Notes: a model not told the origin generated them from the letters alone. A stretch of DNA of 64,000 bases from Octopus bimaculoides (GCF_001194135.2 NC_068986.1:59987487-60051486); one strand, 5' to 3'. Positions 1 to 13,338 are shown, counted from the stretch's first letter. Translations and numbers: made by a program.

Positions 1-15
1 GAAAGAGGCCTGTTT

Positions 16-48
<33 letters not shown>

Positions 49-2503
49 AAGCGAGAGAGAGTGTATGTTACTGTCTCGTTTACCTTTACATCATGTGATA
101 ATTGTAAATGAGAGTTGCTATCATGCAAGCAATGTCCTTTATTTCTAATATTACATGAAAATATGTCTGGTCATGGGGAAATATTACCATGCTTCGAGAC
201 AGGTGAGGGTTGGTAACAGAAAGGGCATTTGGCTGTAGAAAATATTTAATTCTTTAAGAAATATCCAGCAGACTGAGTAACACATAGAAGCCTGCTTGCT
301 GGTTTGCTCTAAAGTGTCTTTTATTGACAGGTGACTGAAATTATATAAAATACATTATGAATGAATAACGTAAGAAGCTGAAGTCATTATTCAGGAAGTA
401 GAATGGTTTCATTCTCAGGAGAAGGATGAAGCCTTAAAAAGTATTTCCAAATCTAGTAACCTACACCAAATGGAAAGATGGTGTGATGCATGAGATGTTT
501 TCCTGCTAACAAATAATACAAGACATCTGCAGAAGATTCAGACTTATAATCCACAAGCCATACTTACTTAATCTGCTATAAATAGCAGACAAATTTTCCT
601 AAAATAGAACTTTATTGCATTGAATAATAAGATAATAGGATATTATGATTGAAAAGGAAAGATGTCATAGTCATAGAATGTTTTTGATGATATAGCTGCT
701 CAATCAAAGCTAAACAACAACTCAAGATTAATGACCTGGCAATCCACTTAGTTATTCAATCATTTTGCATTGGAATGAAAATAAACAATCCCATTTTATG
801 TTGAGTGTTATTGCTTAGCTCTAAGATTGTGGACTGCAGACTCTTTAAACATCAAAATGTTACATGATATTTGTTCTAACTTTCTATATCCTAAGTTCAA
901 ATCCCACCAAAGTCACCTTTACTTTTAATCCTTTAGGGATCAATAAAACAAGTAGCAACCCAGAGTAGTAGACTGGTGGAAGTATTAGAGGGTTGGGTGA
1001 AATACCTTGCAGTATCTGTTCCAGCTCTTTGTTTGCTGACAACAATGGTTGCTATGACACTGGTACAATACTATATTAGCTCACAACAAAGTAATATAAG
1101 TGGTGTGGAGAGGGTAGACTTGTGTGCATGGGCAACTGTTAGTCTTTCTCACACTTATGCACATACACACACACTCACTCTCTCTCAAAAACATGGTCTC
1201 TATCTAAAAATGACAACAGAAAAGAAGTTCTTGTTGAGTCCCAGGACAACCAGCTCTGACTGAGCAGACTAATGATCAAAGGTATTGTAGTGGGGATTTG
1301 AATCCTAACTACGAGATACCCAGTTAGGCATCACAAGTGAGCCACCACAGTTTTATGTGATTAATCTATAAATTGACCAATCAGCATGAAGCTGTGACAT
1401 GATATGGCTTTCTTGAATGTTGTCAAATTTACTCATTGTCACCTTATAAAAACAGGAGCTTAATTCAGAGCCCAGCTCCATAGAAAGGGGACAATCAGTT
1501 TGACCACACTTTTTGCTCAATCATTTTCATGTCAAGATAAATTTTTCCATGGAAAATTAGATATCAATTGAAAGTTCTGGATGTGAGATGTCTTCTCATA
1601 TAATTTAAATCAAAATTTGACATTTACATATCATGCCAGGGTCCCTCAATCACCCGAGTGTTTCTACACATTCACAAAGCTTGTCCCATTTTTTATTTAT
1701 TTATTTATTGACTGCTGAATGGTAGCACTTGTTCTAGTTTAATGCACTGGAGCACTATTACTCAATTTGTCATGAAAAAGACTTATTTGCTCATTTTGAC
1801 TTAAAAATCATGAGGGTAGGTCAGATAATCATTATGAGATATAAGAAGTGAAAATTTTATTATTAATTTTCACTAAGAAAAGAATATAGTTTCTTCATGA
1901 TTTTTATACCATAAGAAAGAAAAATTTCTCACAAATCCAATATTGTCACTTCTAAATCTAGCCATGATATGGTGAAAAATTGCAAAGTCAATAATGAAGA
2001 TTGTACTACCATAGCTGCTCATATAGGATTAAAGCATACTGATGCTATTTGTCAACCTGACGTATTCCCACATGAAGAGAGGTCAAACAGAATATGACTC
2101 CAAGGCTTCAAATATTGATTTTGAGCTAGAATTTCAAGAAATGGATGAATTAATTGGTAAGTAAACATATGGAAAAATGCACTAAATTGAGCAACATAAG
2201 TTTTTTACAGCCAGCATGGAATCATCACATTGAGAATGTTGTTTATTCCCTTTCACTGTGTTAATATTTGGTAAGTGATGTCCAAATTCTACCAAGCAGG
2301 TTTTTTGTACATGTGAATTTTTTCTCTGAGAAATATTGGTAAAATTTTGTTAATAAAAATTATATTGTGTAATGAATATTATTTTGTAGACTATTAAAGT
2401 CCAATATGATTTTTTTTTTTCTGATTTGAATACAGTTGGATAATTTGTGGTAGTGTTTACATTTTCACAAGTGCTGATTCATCTTGTTTATTTTTCCTCT
2501 CTT

Positions 2504-2538
<35 letters not shown>

Positions 2539-3565
2539 TTCTCCCTCTCTCTCTCACTCTTTCTCCCTCTCTCTCTTTCCTACTAATGATGTTTTTAACA
2601 TTAAAGCAAGGAATTAGTCTTCACATTCTGTCTGTTTTTTAATCTAAGTCAACATACAATTCTGAGAAAGGTAGCAGGTGGTGGTGGGATGTTCTAGAAA
2701 CAACAGCTAAATCTCTGTTACATCACACATACCTTTTCATCTGAAACTATTTTCAAAATTTTAAGGTTTTTTTTTAACTGGAAATGCTTTTCCCATCGTT
2801 TTTAAGTATGTAGTGCAAAACCAAATTATCCAAAATTGGTTCAGAGGATGGTAGTAAAGGAGAGGGGTTAAAGGAACGGGGTCAAAAAAATCATAAATTT
2901 TCCAAAAACATTCTTCATAAACAGCTTCCCCCCATCATTTCCAAGGTTGTGGTGGAAAAAAAATTGAAAAAAACTCAGTCAAAATAGAGAAAATTCAACT
3001 TAATTCAGTGCTCTGATCTGAAACTCCACCAGTTATAGCCATTCTTAATTATCCATTAAAATTTTATTGAAATTATATCATGTTCCAAACTTTCAGGATT
3101 TATTTAGTTCTATACCTACAACAAATGTGCCAAAACTCAAGTCCTTGTGCCTTGTACTTTTGGATTTAGCAAGGTCTCAAAAAACATTGAAATCAACTGT
3201 TTTTTACATGCATATTTTACATATTTTTTAAAAAATTGCCAAAAAGAGTGTTTTATTTTCAAGAATCAGGAAAAGAATAATAAGCAACTGCTATACTGTG
3301 GACATTATTAATTTGTGTAATATGAAGATGATTATCACTTCAACTTGAAAAATATGACATCACAAATATGGCTAATTATTCATTTAGGCCAATTAGGTAA
3401 GATTTTGATCAATTTGCTGACCATTCAAATTGTTATATATCCTAAAATATTCAACCAAATTTCACAAAAGAAGTATCAAAATGTTTCTTTTTGGGTGCTC
3501 TCCAACAAAAAGAACTATAGTATAAATTAGATTTAGATATTTTCAAAAATTCATAGTGATAAATG

Positions 3566-4572
3566 CCAGGGGGAAAAACTAGAAGTAGTTGATGGCTTCT
3601 GTTACCTAGGTGACCAAGTCAGTAGTGGGGTGGATGCTCTGAGAGCATAGCTGCTAGAATAAGAATAGCTTGGGCAAAGTTCAGAGAGCTCCTACCTCTG
3701 CTGGTAACAAAGGGCCTCTCACTCAGAGTGATAGGTAGACTATATGATGCATATGTGCGAACAGCCATGCTACACGGCAGTGAAACATGGGCTGTGACTG
3801 CTGATGACATGCATAGGCTTGAAAGAAATGAAGCTAGTATGCTTCACTGGATGTGTAATGTCAGTGTGCATACACAACAGAGTGTAACAGCCCTGAGAGA
3901 AAAGTTGCACGTAAGAAGCATCAGATGTGGTGTGCAAGAAAGACGACTGCGCTGGTATGGTCATGTGTTGCATATGGATGAGGACAGCTGTGTGAAGAAG
4001 TGTCACTCCCTAACGGTAGAAGGAAGCCGTGGAAGTGGGAGACATAGGAAGACACGGGATAAGGTAGTGAAGCATGACCTTTGAATGTTGGGTCTCACAA
4101 AGGCAATGACAAGAGACTGAGACCTTTGGAGATATGCTGTGCTTGAGAAGACCCAGCAAGCCTAGTGAGTTTGTAGCTGTGGCTGATGCCAGTGTCACAT
4201 AATGGGTTCATTTAAAAGTACCCTTCAATCGGTGGCAATATACTGTGCTTGAGAAGATCTGTTGAATCCAGTGAAACTGTAGTTGTGGCCGATGCCAGTG
4301 CTGCCTGACTAGCACCTGTTCCGGTGACACATAAAAAGCACCATTCAAGCATGGTTGATGCCAGTGCTGCCTGACTGGTCTCCGTGCCAGTGGCACATAT
4401 AAAGTACCCACTACACTCTCAGAATGGTTGGCATTAGGAAGGGCATCTAGCTGTAGAAACCTTGCCAGAACAGATTGGAGCCTGGCGCAGCCTCCTGGCT
4501 TGCCAGCCCTCAATCAAACCGTCCAACCCATACCAGCATGGAAAGCGGACGTTAAATGATGATGATGATGAT
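3566..4572 (+). mobile_element. 5'-truncated RTE-clade LINE (RT C-terminus, 3' UTR, (GAT)n tail)
   Basis: ORF pieces YLGD..., AMLHGSETW, RRLRWYGHV, GRHRKT. 3' end GGTTGGCATTAGGAAGGGCATC...CATGGAAAGCGGACGTTAAA(TGA)n. Confidence 0.9.
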
Positions 4573-5761
4573 AAATGTTTATGAACAGTTATTATTCATG
4601 CAATCAGCAACGACATTCCACACATACACTACAATGATGCTGAGATACTGTTCATACAACAATGATAAATAAGTCATCCCCTTTGACAGTAGCAACTCAG
4701 ACATTTGAATTACATCATCACTGACCAGCTTATCTCAAGCAACAAGCTAACATAACAGTATTCTATTGTTGACAATCCTATCTTACTTTTTCAGATAAAG
4801 TGTCTCCAAGACATTAACTGATGATGATGATGATGATGATGTGGCCTACCTTTCTGAAAATTGTCAGGTGCAATTTCTAGCATGACAAAAACAACAAAGA
4901 TGCTCCCCTTGTTGGCTTTTCTTAATTTATGTTGAATATTGAGGTAAGTAGTCTAGGTAATTTTTATGTGCCACCAGCATGGGTGCTAGATACAAAACTC
5001 CAGCATCAGCCATGACTACAATCTCATTTGGTTTGAGACCTGTCATGCCCACATATTTTCACCCATCTGTCATTCCATTTGGATCTTTTAATAACACCAT
5101 CCCTTCATATACAATGGTCACTGAATTGCAATAGCTGTTAAGTGAACATGTTGTGTTACCTATGCTTGAGCAGCCTGCCTTTGTTTCAGGTTGGGCCTAT
5201 GACTAAAAAAGATTTTCAAGATGTACCTAGATGTGGGGGAAAGTGTGCATTGGCTTAACTAAGGAAGATTAGTTATCTCAACTCCTGGCATGAAACCAAC
5301 TGTTAAAGTGGCTGATATGGAAATATAATTTGGTATTTTTTTTAATACAGTCGGATAATTTGTAGTAGTGTTTACATTTTCACAAGTAAGTGCTGATTCA
5401 TTTTGTTTACTTTTTTCTCTCTCTCTCTTCTACTAACAAGTTTGCTGTAAATTACAGATGTTTTTGATACTAGTCTTTACATTCTGTCTGTTTTTTAATC
5501 TAAGTCAACATGCAGTTCAGAAAAAGGTAGTAGATGATGGTGAGATGTGCTAGAAACAGCAGCTAAATCTCTCTTACATCACACACCTTTTCGTGTGAAA
5601 ATATTTTAACCAATATATCAGTACATGATATCACTCTATTAACCAATATATCAATGCATGTTTTTTCTGACTCATTTCTTTTTAGATAACTATATATATA
5701 TAAGTTTTTTCTGTTTATATACATTGTTTGTTTATATACATTGTTGTTGCATATACATATA

Positions 5762-6437
5762 CAAGGCGCAATGAATAAACTATTGTCTAAATTACGTAAA
5801 AATGAAAATAAAACTGACGTCTCATTTTAACAGTTATATTTACCAAAATTACATAAAAATATCTTGAAATACCAAAGAGTAAATTTATTCAATAAAATCG
5901 CCATTGGCTTCAACCACAGCCTCCAGATGACTTCAGAATCTCCTGCAACTCTTCTGGACAGCATCCTTGTTTAAGATGGTGAATGCTGCCATAATCCTTG
6001 CTTTCAGTTCATCTTTGGCGTTACAAGGAGTTTTGTTATTCTCTCACTCAAATGCGGCCCACACATAATAATTAAAGGGATTGCAATCTGGGGAGTTAGG
6101 TGGCCAGATGTTAGGGGTGATGTGGTTGCAGAAATTGGCTGATAGCCATGACTGGGTTCTCCTGCTTGTGTGGCATGGTGCAGAGTCCTGTTGCCAGACA
6201 TAGGGTCTTCCAGCAGCCACCCTGTTGATCCAGGGCAGCACTACCTCCTCCAGGCACCTGATGCAGGCCCCCATGTTGAGTCTGAGGTCATGTGGGAAGA
6301 TGAATGGAAGCATAACATTGCCATTACTAGTGATCACTCCAAACACCATGATGTTGACTGAATATTTGATTTCCATCACTCTCGGTACATGTTTTGGGGA
6401 CATGGCAAGCCAACAGTTGTTCTGTGTGTTTACCATC
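5762..6437 (-). mobile_element. Tc1/mariner (maT, DD37D-type) transposon 3' half, defective
   Basis: Translation ...VMVFGVITSNG...YVWQQDSAPCHT...IWPPNSPDCNPFNYYVW. There are 37 residues between QQD and the third catalytic position, which is Asn here. TA followed by a putative TIR near 5760. The 5' part is lost in an N gap. Confidence 0.85.
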
Positions 6438-7069
6438 TNNNNNNNNNNNNNNNNNNNNNNNNNNNNNNNNNNNNNNNNNNNNNNNNNNNNNNNNNNNNNN
6501 NNNNNNNNNNNNNNNNNNNNNNNNNNNNNNNNNNNNNNNNNNNNNNNNNNNNNNNNNNNNNNNNNNNNNNNNNNNNNNNNNNNNNNNNNNNNNNNNNNNN
6601 NNNNNNNNNNNNNNNNNNNNNNNNNNNNNNNNNNNNNNNNNNNNNNNNNNNNNNNNNNNNNNNNNNNNNNNNNNNNNNNNNNNNNNNNNNNNNNNNNNNN
6701 NNNNNNNNNNNNNNNNNNNNNNNNNNNNNNNNNNNNNNNNNNNNNNNNNNNNNNNNNNNNNNNNNNNNNNNNNNNNNNNNNNNNNNNNNNNNNNNNNNNN
6801 NNNNNNNNNNNNNNNNNNNNNNNNNNNNNNNNNNNNNNNNNNNNNNNNNNNNNNNNNNNNNNNNNNNNNNNNNNNNNNNNNNNNNNNNNNNNNNNNNNNN
6901 NNNNNNNNNNNNNNNNNNNNNNNNNNNNNNNNNNNNNNNNNNNNNNNNNNNNNNNNNNNNNNNNNNNNNNNNNNNNNNNNNNNNNNNNNNNNNNNNNNNN
7001 NNNNNNNNNNNNNNNNNNNNNNNNNNNNNNNNNNNNNNNNNNNNNNNNNNNNNNNNNNNNTATATATAT

Positions 7070-9712
7070 ACATACTGTCATGTCTGGGGAGATTCATTCT
7101 CTTTTAGTGCCTTATAATTTAACACACTCACTGGTAAAATTTCCACTCATTTCCTTCTTTATTTTTCTAGAATTTCCATTGCATCATGCAATCTTTTCAG
7201 TAGTTGTTGACTCTGTCTGTTATTCACACTGTGTTCTATTGTTTATTTGTGTACATGTGTGTGGGTCAGTGTGTGTGTGTATGGTTGTTTTTTGCAACTA
7301 TGTACTATGTATGTATGGATGTGTATCTCCATATGTGTGGATGTGTGTCTCCATATGTGTCCCTGTGTGAAGTGAAGTGTATGTGTATATATGGTCATGT
7401 GTTTCAGTCTTCATATATGTATGTGTGCTTGTCTGTTCATATAACCAATGTACCTGTATGTCTATCTGTTTACTTTCATATCCATATGCATATACATATA
7501 CTATATACATACACACACACATACATACATCTATCTATGTAACAGCCCACTAGCTATTCTACTCTATCTGCATAAACTATGGCTATGGGGGTATGATAAC
7601 CACTACGTATATTTCCTATTTAGTATTGGGGAAGTTTCATTTATGAAGATGTACTCCTGTATTTGTACAAGTGTTAGGTCCTTTGGATGCTTGGATAAGA
7701 TGCAGATGTCAAGTTGACCCAGGTTTCCTCCATGTTGGTAGAGTATGGAGGACTGTTTTGTGCTGTCATATTGTCTCAAATATTCATTTAGTCATTCTGC
7801 AATGACCTTAGATGTCTCCCCTATGTATGTCATGTTCATGTCTTTACAAGCACCTTCTATGCATCTTATTTCGTAGACTACATTTCTAGTTCTACAGTTA
7901 ATGCCAGGGCTAATCCCACATACCATGCAGTTTTCATTGGTGCATATGGTATTGTCCTACATAGTTGTGATCTGACAAAGTTCCCTGGCTTTTCAACAAT
8001 CTTAATGTTGAGTTTGGTCTCCTTTCATAAATCTACGGACTAAGTTCTCCATGGGCTGTGTCATCTACAAACATCACTCCTTGATATTTGTTGTTCACAA
8101 GATATATGTTGTTCACAAGAACTTAGCTTTGTCACACAACATGAATTTAACATACTGAGAGCAGACTGAGGATAATGAACGTGTCCCCACTATGCAAACC
8201 CTATGAAATGAAAAAACATACAGAACTTCATGCACCACATGCAATTCTCTGGATATGATGAGAAAGATGGGGTTCGAGTATACAGAGGTGCTAGAAAAAA
8301 ATTAGATAAATTATATGTAATGATACCAGTGGTACCTGCCCTAGATATAGAAACAAAAACTGGAATAGGATACAAAGAACTTGTAACAAAGCAAGTGGGG
8401 GAACACGTGGTATAAAACCAACAAATATCAAGGAGTGATGTTTGTAGATGCCACAACCCATGGAGAACTAGCCTGTAGATTTAGGACAGCTCTGAAGGAG
8501 ACCAAACTCAACATTAAGATTGTTGAAAAGCCAGGGAACTTTGTCAGATCACAACTATGTAGGACAATACCATATGCACCAATGATAACTGCATGGTATG
8601 TGGGATTAGCCCTGGCATTAACTGTAGAACTAGAAATGTAGTCTACGAAATAAGATGCATAGAAGGTGCTTGTAAAGACATGAACATGACATACATAGGG
8701 GAGATATCTAGGGGCATTGCAGAATGACTAAATGAACATCTGAGACAATATGACGACAAAAAGCAGTCCTCCATACTCTACCAACATGCCAAAGACCAAC
8801 ATGGAGGCAACTTGGGTCAACTTGACATCCACATCTTATCCAAGCACCCAAAGGACCCAACACTCAGACAAATACAGGAGTACATCTTCATAAATGAAAC
8901 TTCCCCAATACTAAATAGGAAATATACGTAGTGGTTATAATACCCCACAGCCACAGTTTATACAGGTAGAGTAGAATAGTTAGTGGCTGTTACATAGATA
9001 GATGTATGTATGGGTGTGTGTGTGTATATATATATATATATATGTATATGCACATGTATGTAAGCATATGGATATGAGAATAAACAGATAGACATCAGAC
9101 GGACAGGTACATAAGTTATATGAACAGACAAGCACACATACACACACATACACAAATGAAGACTGAAACACATGACCATATACACACAAACACTTTACTT
9201 CACACAAGGACACACATGGAGACACACGTCAGCACATATGGAGATACACATCCATACATACATAGTGCATAGGTGCAAAAAAACCCATACACACACACAC
9301 ACACGCACACACAAGGAGACAGAGGTACACACACACATACAAACACACGCACGCACACACATACATAAAAACACAAACATGGAACACAAACACATGAATA
9401 TACAGAATACATATATACATATGCACACATACACATACATGCATACACATATGCATGCATACATACAAACATACATATGTACATACATACATACGTACAT
9501 GTGTATGAACGCACACATTGACCCACACACTTACACACAAACAAACAAAAAGAATGCAGTATGGATGATGGACAGATTCACCAACTATTGAAAGGGTTGC
9601 AAGAAACAATGAAAATTTTAGAAAAATAAAGAAGAAAATGAGTGGAAATTTTAACGGTGCATGTGTTAAATTATAAGGCACTAAAACTCTCCCCAGAAAC
9701 AATAGTATATGC
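7070..9712 (+). mobile_element. PLE-A: Penelope-like element 3' part (RT C-terminal region + GIY-YIG, ~8150-8931) with a ~1 kb inverted duplication (7070-8096 vs 8418-9712)
   Basis: Frameshifted translation MQFSGY...KYQGVMFVDATTHGELA...CMVC...CRTRNVVYEIRC...TYIGEISR...EH...LNRKYT*. The left arm is the reverse complement of the right arm. Confidence 0.85.
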
Positions 9713-9762
9713 GTCAACACACAAACTCACATAGAAAATCTTGAAAACCAAATCCAAAAACG

Positions 9763-9800
<38 letters not shown>

Positions 9801-9849
9801 TAGCAGAAATACCTGGCCTTGCTCGGGATTAAAATGAGATAGTTGTTTT

Positions 9850-10060
9850 ATTGTTTTACTTGTTTCAGTCATGTGACTGCAGCTATGCTGGAGCACTACC
9901 TTTAGTCAAAAAAATCAACCACCAGATTTATTCTTTGTAAGCCTCGTACTTATTCTATCAGTGTCATTTGCCAAACCGCTAAATTATGGAAACATAAGCA
10001 CACCAACATCAGTTGTCAAGCGATGGTGGGAGTAAAAGCACAGACACAGACAGACAGACA
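9850..10060. mobile_element. SINE-like family B copy (other copies ~19190-19380, 27620-27810 inverted, 35780-35960 inverted, 48400-48600, 58065-58260)
   Basis: Shared ~200-bp consensus CTTGTTTCAGTCATTTGACTGCGGCCATGCTGGAGCACC...AGTACTTATTCTATCGGT...ACAAACACAGACAC at six dispersed sites. Confidence 0.85.
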
Positions 10061-10094
<34 letters not shown>

Positions 10095-10548
10095 TATACA
10101 CATACATATGAGTCTTCTTTCTACATACATATATATGTATCTATACATACATATATACACACACATATTTATACATATATATACACATATATACATACAT
10201 ATACATCTATATACGCATATATACATACATATATATATATATATGTATACATAAATATACATACATATATATATATATACAAAAATAAGAGGAATGACCA
10301 GCAAAAGTGGACTCCTATATGCTAGAAATACATGCCAAATCATCTAACCACGAAGAAATATGTTCTCAGTAAAAAATTAACGACACAACAGACTGTAAAA
10401 GGGCAAGACAAATGAAAAAATACTTTTGCTGGTCATTCCTCTTATTTTTGTATGTAATATAATTTTTTATCTTCGAATTTTTTTAATATGCTAGACCACT
10501 GGTTTTAATTGATTAATATCAATTTCTACTCTTATTAATAAATTTTAC

Positions 10549-10611
<63 letters not shown>

Positions 10612-10639
10612 CACACATAAATATACATAAATATATATA

Positions 10640-10953
10640 TGCTGCTGAGAACCCCTTCGGTCATGACTGACCATGGGATTGCACCTAGAAAGTTACCCCC
10701 CGAGGAACATGTCTGGGCAAGGTTGTTTATGAAAGACCAGCACTCGCCCATGCATACCGGCCTCCTCTCTCCACACCATCAGTGTTGTCCAAGGGAAAGG
10801 CAAAGGCCAAAATAGCTTGGCACCTGAGTGAACTGGAGCAATGTGAAATAAAGTGTCTTGCTCAAGAACCCAGCACGTAGCCCAGTCCGGGATTCGAACT
10901 CACAACCTCATGATTGTAAGCTCAATGCTCTAACCACTGAGCCATGCACCTTC
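10640..10953 (-). mobile_element. tRNA-derived SINE family D (second copy ~51050-51335, minus)
   Basis: Minus strand starts GCATGGCTCAGTGGTTAGAGC (A box) ... GTTCGAATCC (B box) and continues into a shared body (CTTGAGCAAGACACTTTATTTCACATTGCTCCAG). Confidence 0.85.
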
Positions 10954-11182
10954 GCTAAATATATATATACATAAATATATATATATATATATANNNNNNN
11001 NNNNNNNNNNNNNNNNNNNNNNNNNNNNNNNNNNNNNNNNNNNNNNNNNNNNNNNNNNNNNNNNNNNNNNNNNNNNNNNNNNNNNNNNNNNNNNNNNNNN
11101 NNNNNNNNNNNNNNNNNNNNNNNNNNNNNNNNNNNNNNNNNNNNNNNNNNNNNNNNNNNNNNNNNNNNNNNNNNNNNNNNNN

Positions 11183-13189
11183 AGAATGGTTAGTGAGAGC
11201 TGTGCGTGCCATGTACAGAGATGCTGTCAGTAAGGTGAGGGTTGGCAATGAGTACAGTGAAGAATTCCGAGTAGAGGTAGGGGTCCACCAAGTTTCTGTC
11301 CTCAGCCCCCTCCTATTCATCATAGTCCTCCAGGCGATAACAGAGGAATTCAAGACAGGATGCTCCTGGGAGCTGAGGACATTGCACTAATTGCTGAGTC
11401 ACTATCAAAACTAGAAGAGAAGTTTCACGTGTGGAAGCAGGGACTGGAATTGAAGGGCCTTAGAGTCAACCTATCTAAAACCAAAGTCCTAATAAGTATG
11501 AAGGTGGACAAAACACAAACCCCTTCAGGTAGATGGCCCTGCTCGATCTGTAGAAAAGGTGTAGGTAGAAACTCTATAAGACGTACCCAGTGCAAGCTAT
11601 GGACACATAAGAGGTGCAGCAATATCAAAGGCAGGTTAACTAGGAAGTTAGTTTTTGTATGTGGCAGATGTTCAGGTGCAATAAACACTGAAAATGTGCA
11701 GAAAACAACTGCTGTCACATTCCAGGGAGAAAAACTAGACGTAGTTGATAGCTTCTGCTATCTGGGTGACCAAGTTAGTAGTGAGGGAAGGTGCACTGAA
11801 AGTGTAGCTGCTAGAATGAGAATAGCCTGGACAAAGTTCAGAGAGCTCTTACCTCTGCTGGCGACAAAGGGCTTCTCACTCAGAGTAAAAGGCAGACTGT
11901 ATGACGCATGTGTATGAACAGCCATGCTACATGGCAGTGAAACATGGGCCGTGACTGCTGAGGACATGCGTAATCTCGCAAGGAATGAAACCAGTATGCT
12001 CTGATGGATGAGTAATGTCAGTGTGCATACCCAACAGAGTCTAAGTATCTTGAGAGAAAAGCTGAACCTAAGAAGCATCAGTTGTGGTGTGCAAGAGAGA
12101 GGATTGTGCTGGTATGGACATGTGGCGAGAATGGATGAGGATAGCTGTGTGAAAAAGTGCCACACCCTAGCAGTTGAGGGAACCCATGGAAGAGGCAAGC
12201 CCAGGAAGACCTGGGCTGAGGTGGTGAAGCATGACCTCCAAAAATTAGGCCTCACCGAGGCAATGACTTCTGAATGAGACCTTTGGAAATATGCTGTGCG
12301 TGAGAAGCCCCGGCAAGCCAAGTGAGACCAAAATCCAAGGCCTCTGCCAGGGATGTAGCCAGCCCGCTTATGCGTACCTTTCCTTCATTGGACACTACAC
12401 TCTGCTTGTGAAGACCTGTTGAGGCAAGTGAAATCGAAATCAAAACCGAACTAAATTTGTAGACTGGCACCCATGCCAACGTCTCTTTCATTGAACACTA
12501 AACTTGGCTTGCGAAGACCTGTTGGGGCAAGTGAAAGCGAAATCATGATGGCACCTGTACCAGTGGAGCACTAAGAGCATGATCATTGTCAGAGCAGCTG
12601 TCTGGCTTCCATGCTGGTGGCACGTAAATAGCACCATTTGAGCGTGATCGTCACCAACATCGCCTTCCTGGCACCTGTGCCAGTGGCACGTGAATCGAAA
12701 TCAAAACCGAACTAAATTTGTAGACTGGCACCCATGCCAATGTCTCTTTCATTGAACACTAAACTTGGCTTGCGAAGACCTGTTGGGGCAAGTGAAAGCG
12801 AAATCATGATGGCACCTGTACCAGTGGAGCACTAAGAGCGTAATCATTGTCAGAGCAGCTGTCTGGCTTCCATGCTGGTGGCCCGTAAATAGCACCATTT
12901 GAGCGTGATCGTCACCAACATCGCCTTTCTGGCACCTGTGCCAGTGGCACGTGAAAAGACATTCGAGCGTGGCCATTACCAGTACCACCTGACTGGCCTT
13001 CGTGCTGGTGGCACGTAAAAGCACCCACTACACTCTCGGAGTGGTTGGCGTTAGGAAGGGCATCCAGCTGTAGAAACTCTGCCAAATCAGATTGGGGCCT
13101 GGTGTAGCCACTTGGTCCACCAGTCCTCACTCAAATCGTCCAACCCATGCTAGAATGGGAAGCAGACGTTAAACGATGATGATGATGAT
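11183..13189 (+). mobile_element. RTE-clade LINE, RT region to (GAT)n tail, degenerate
   Basis: GVHQVSVLSPLLFIIVLQA, GLRVNLSKTK, CSICRKGVGRNSI, FCYLGDQ, WYGHVARM, followed by a repetitive 3' UTR and AAAC(GAT)n. The 5' end falls in an N gap. Confidence 0.92.
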
Positions 13190-13300
13190 AAAGAAGCATT
13201 GGTTATAGAACAAATATTAAATTTGGGTCAACAACCTTATATACAACACCGCCCCTCAAACATTTTCTTTCTATAAAAGGAGACAAATATTATTACTTGT

Positions 13301-13338
<38 letters not shown>

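Noticed and set aside
2042-2156. Short + strand open frame ending at a GTAAGT donor (...EFQEMDELI G)
   Set aside because: No recognisable protein, no clear acceptor or partner exon; likely part of a decayed transposon or chance.
6044-7370. Long ORFs spanning N runs (also at 11.0, 13.6, 19.9, 26.8, 55.3 and 58.9 kb)
   Set aside because: Artefacts of translating assembly gaps. Only the transposase part of 6044-6437 is real.
9172-10343. His/Thr/Tyr/Ile- or Cys/Val-rich ORFs (also 7.2, 16.1, 18.6, 37.0, 47.9, 51.3 and 56.0 kb)
   Set aside because: Translations of (CA)n/(TA)n/(TACA)n/(GA)n microsatellites.
10880-10953. tRNA-like sequence with A and B boxes (minus strand)
   Set aside because: Continues into a repeated SINE body, has a second copy at ~51.3 kb and lacks a proper acceptor stem. 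It is a SINE head, not a tRNA gene.
12385-13030. Regularly spaced repeats with variable intervening sequence (CRISPR-like look)
   Set aside because: Eukaryotic LINE 3' UTR subrepeats; the intervening sequences are homologous to each other and there are no cas genes.
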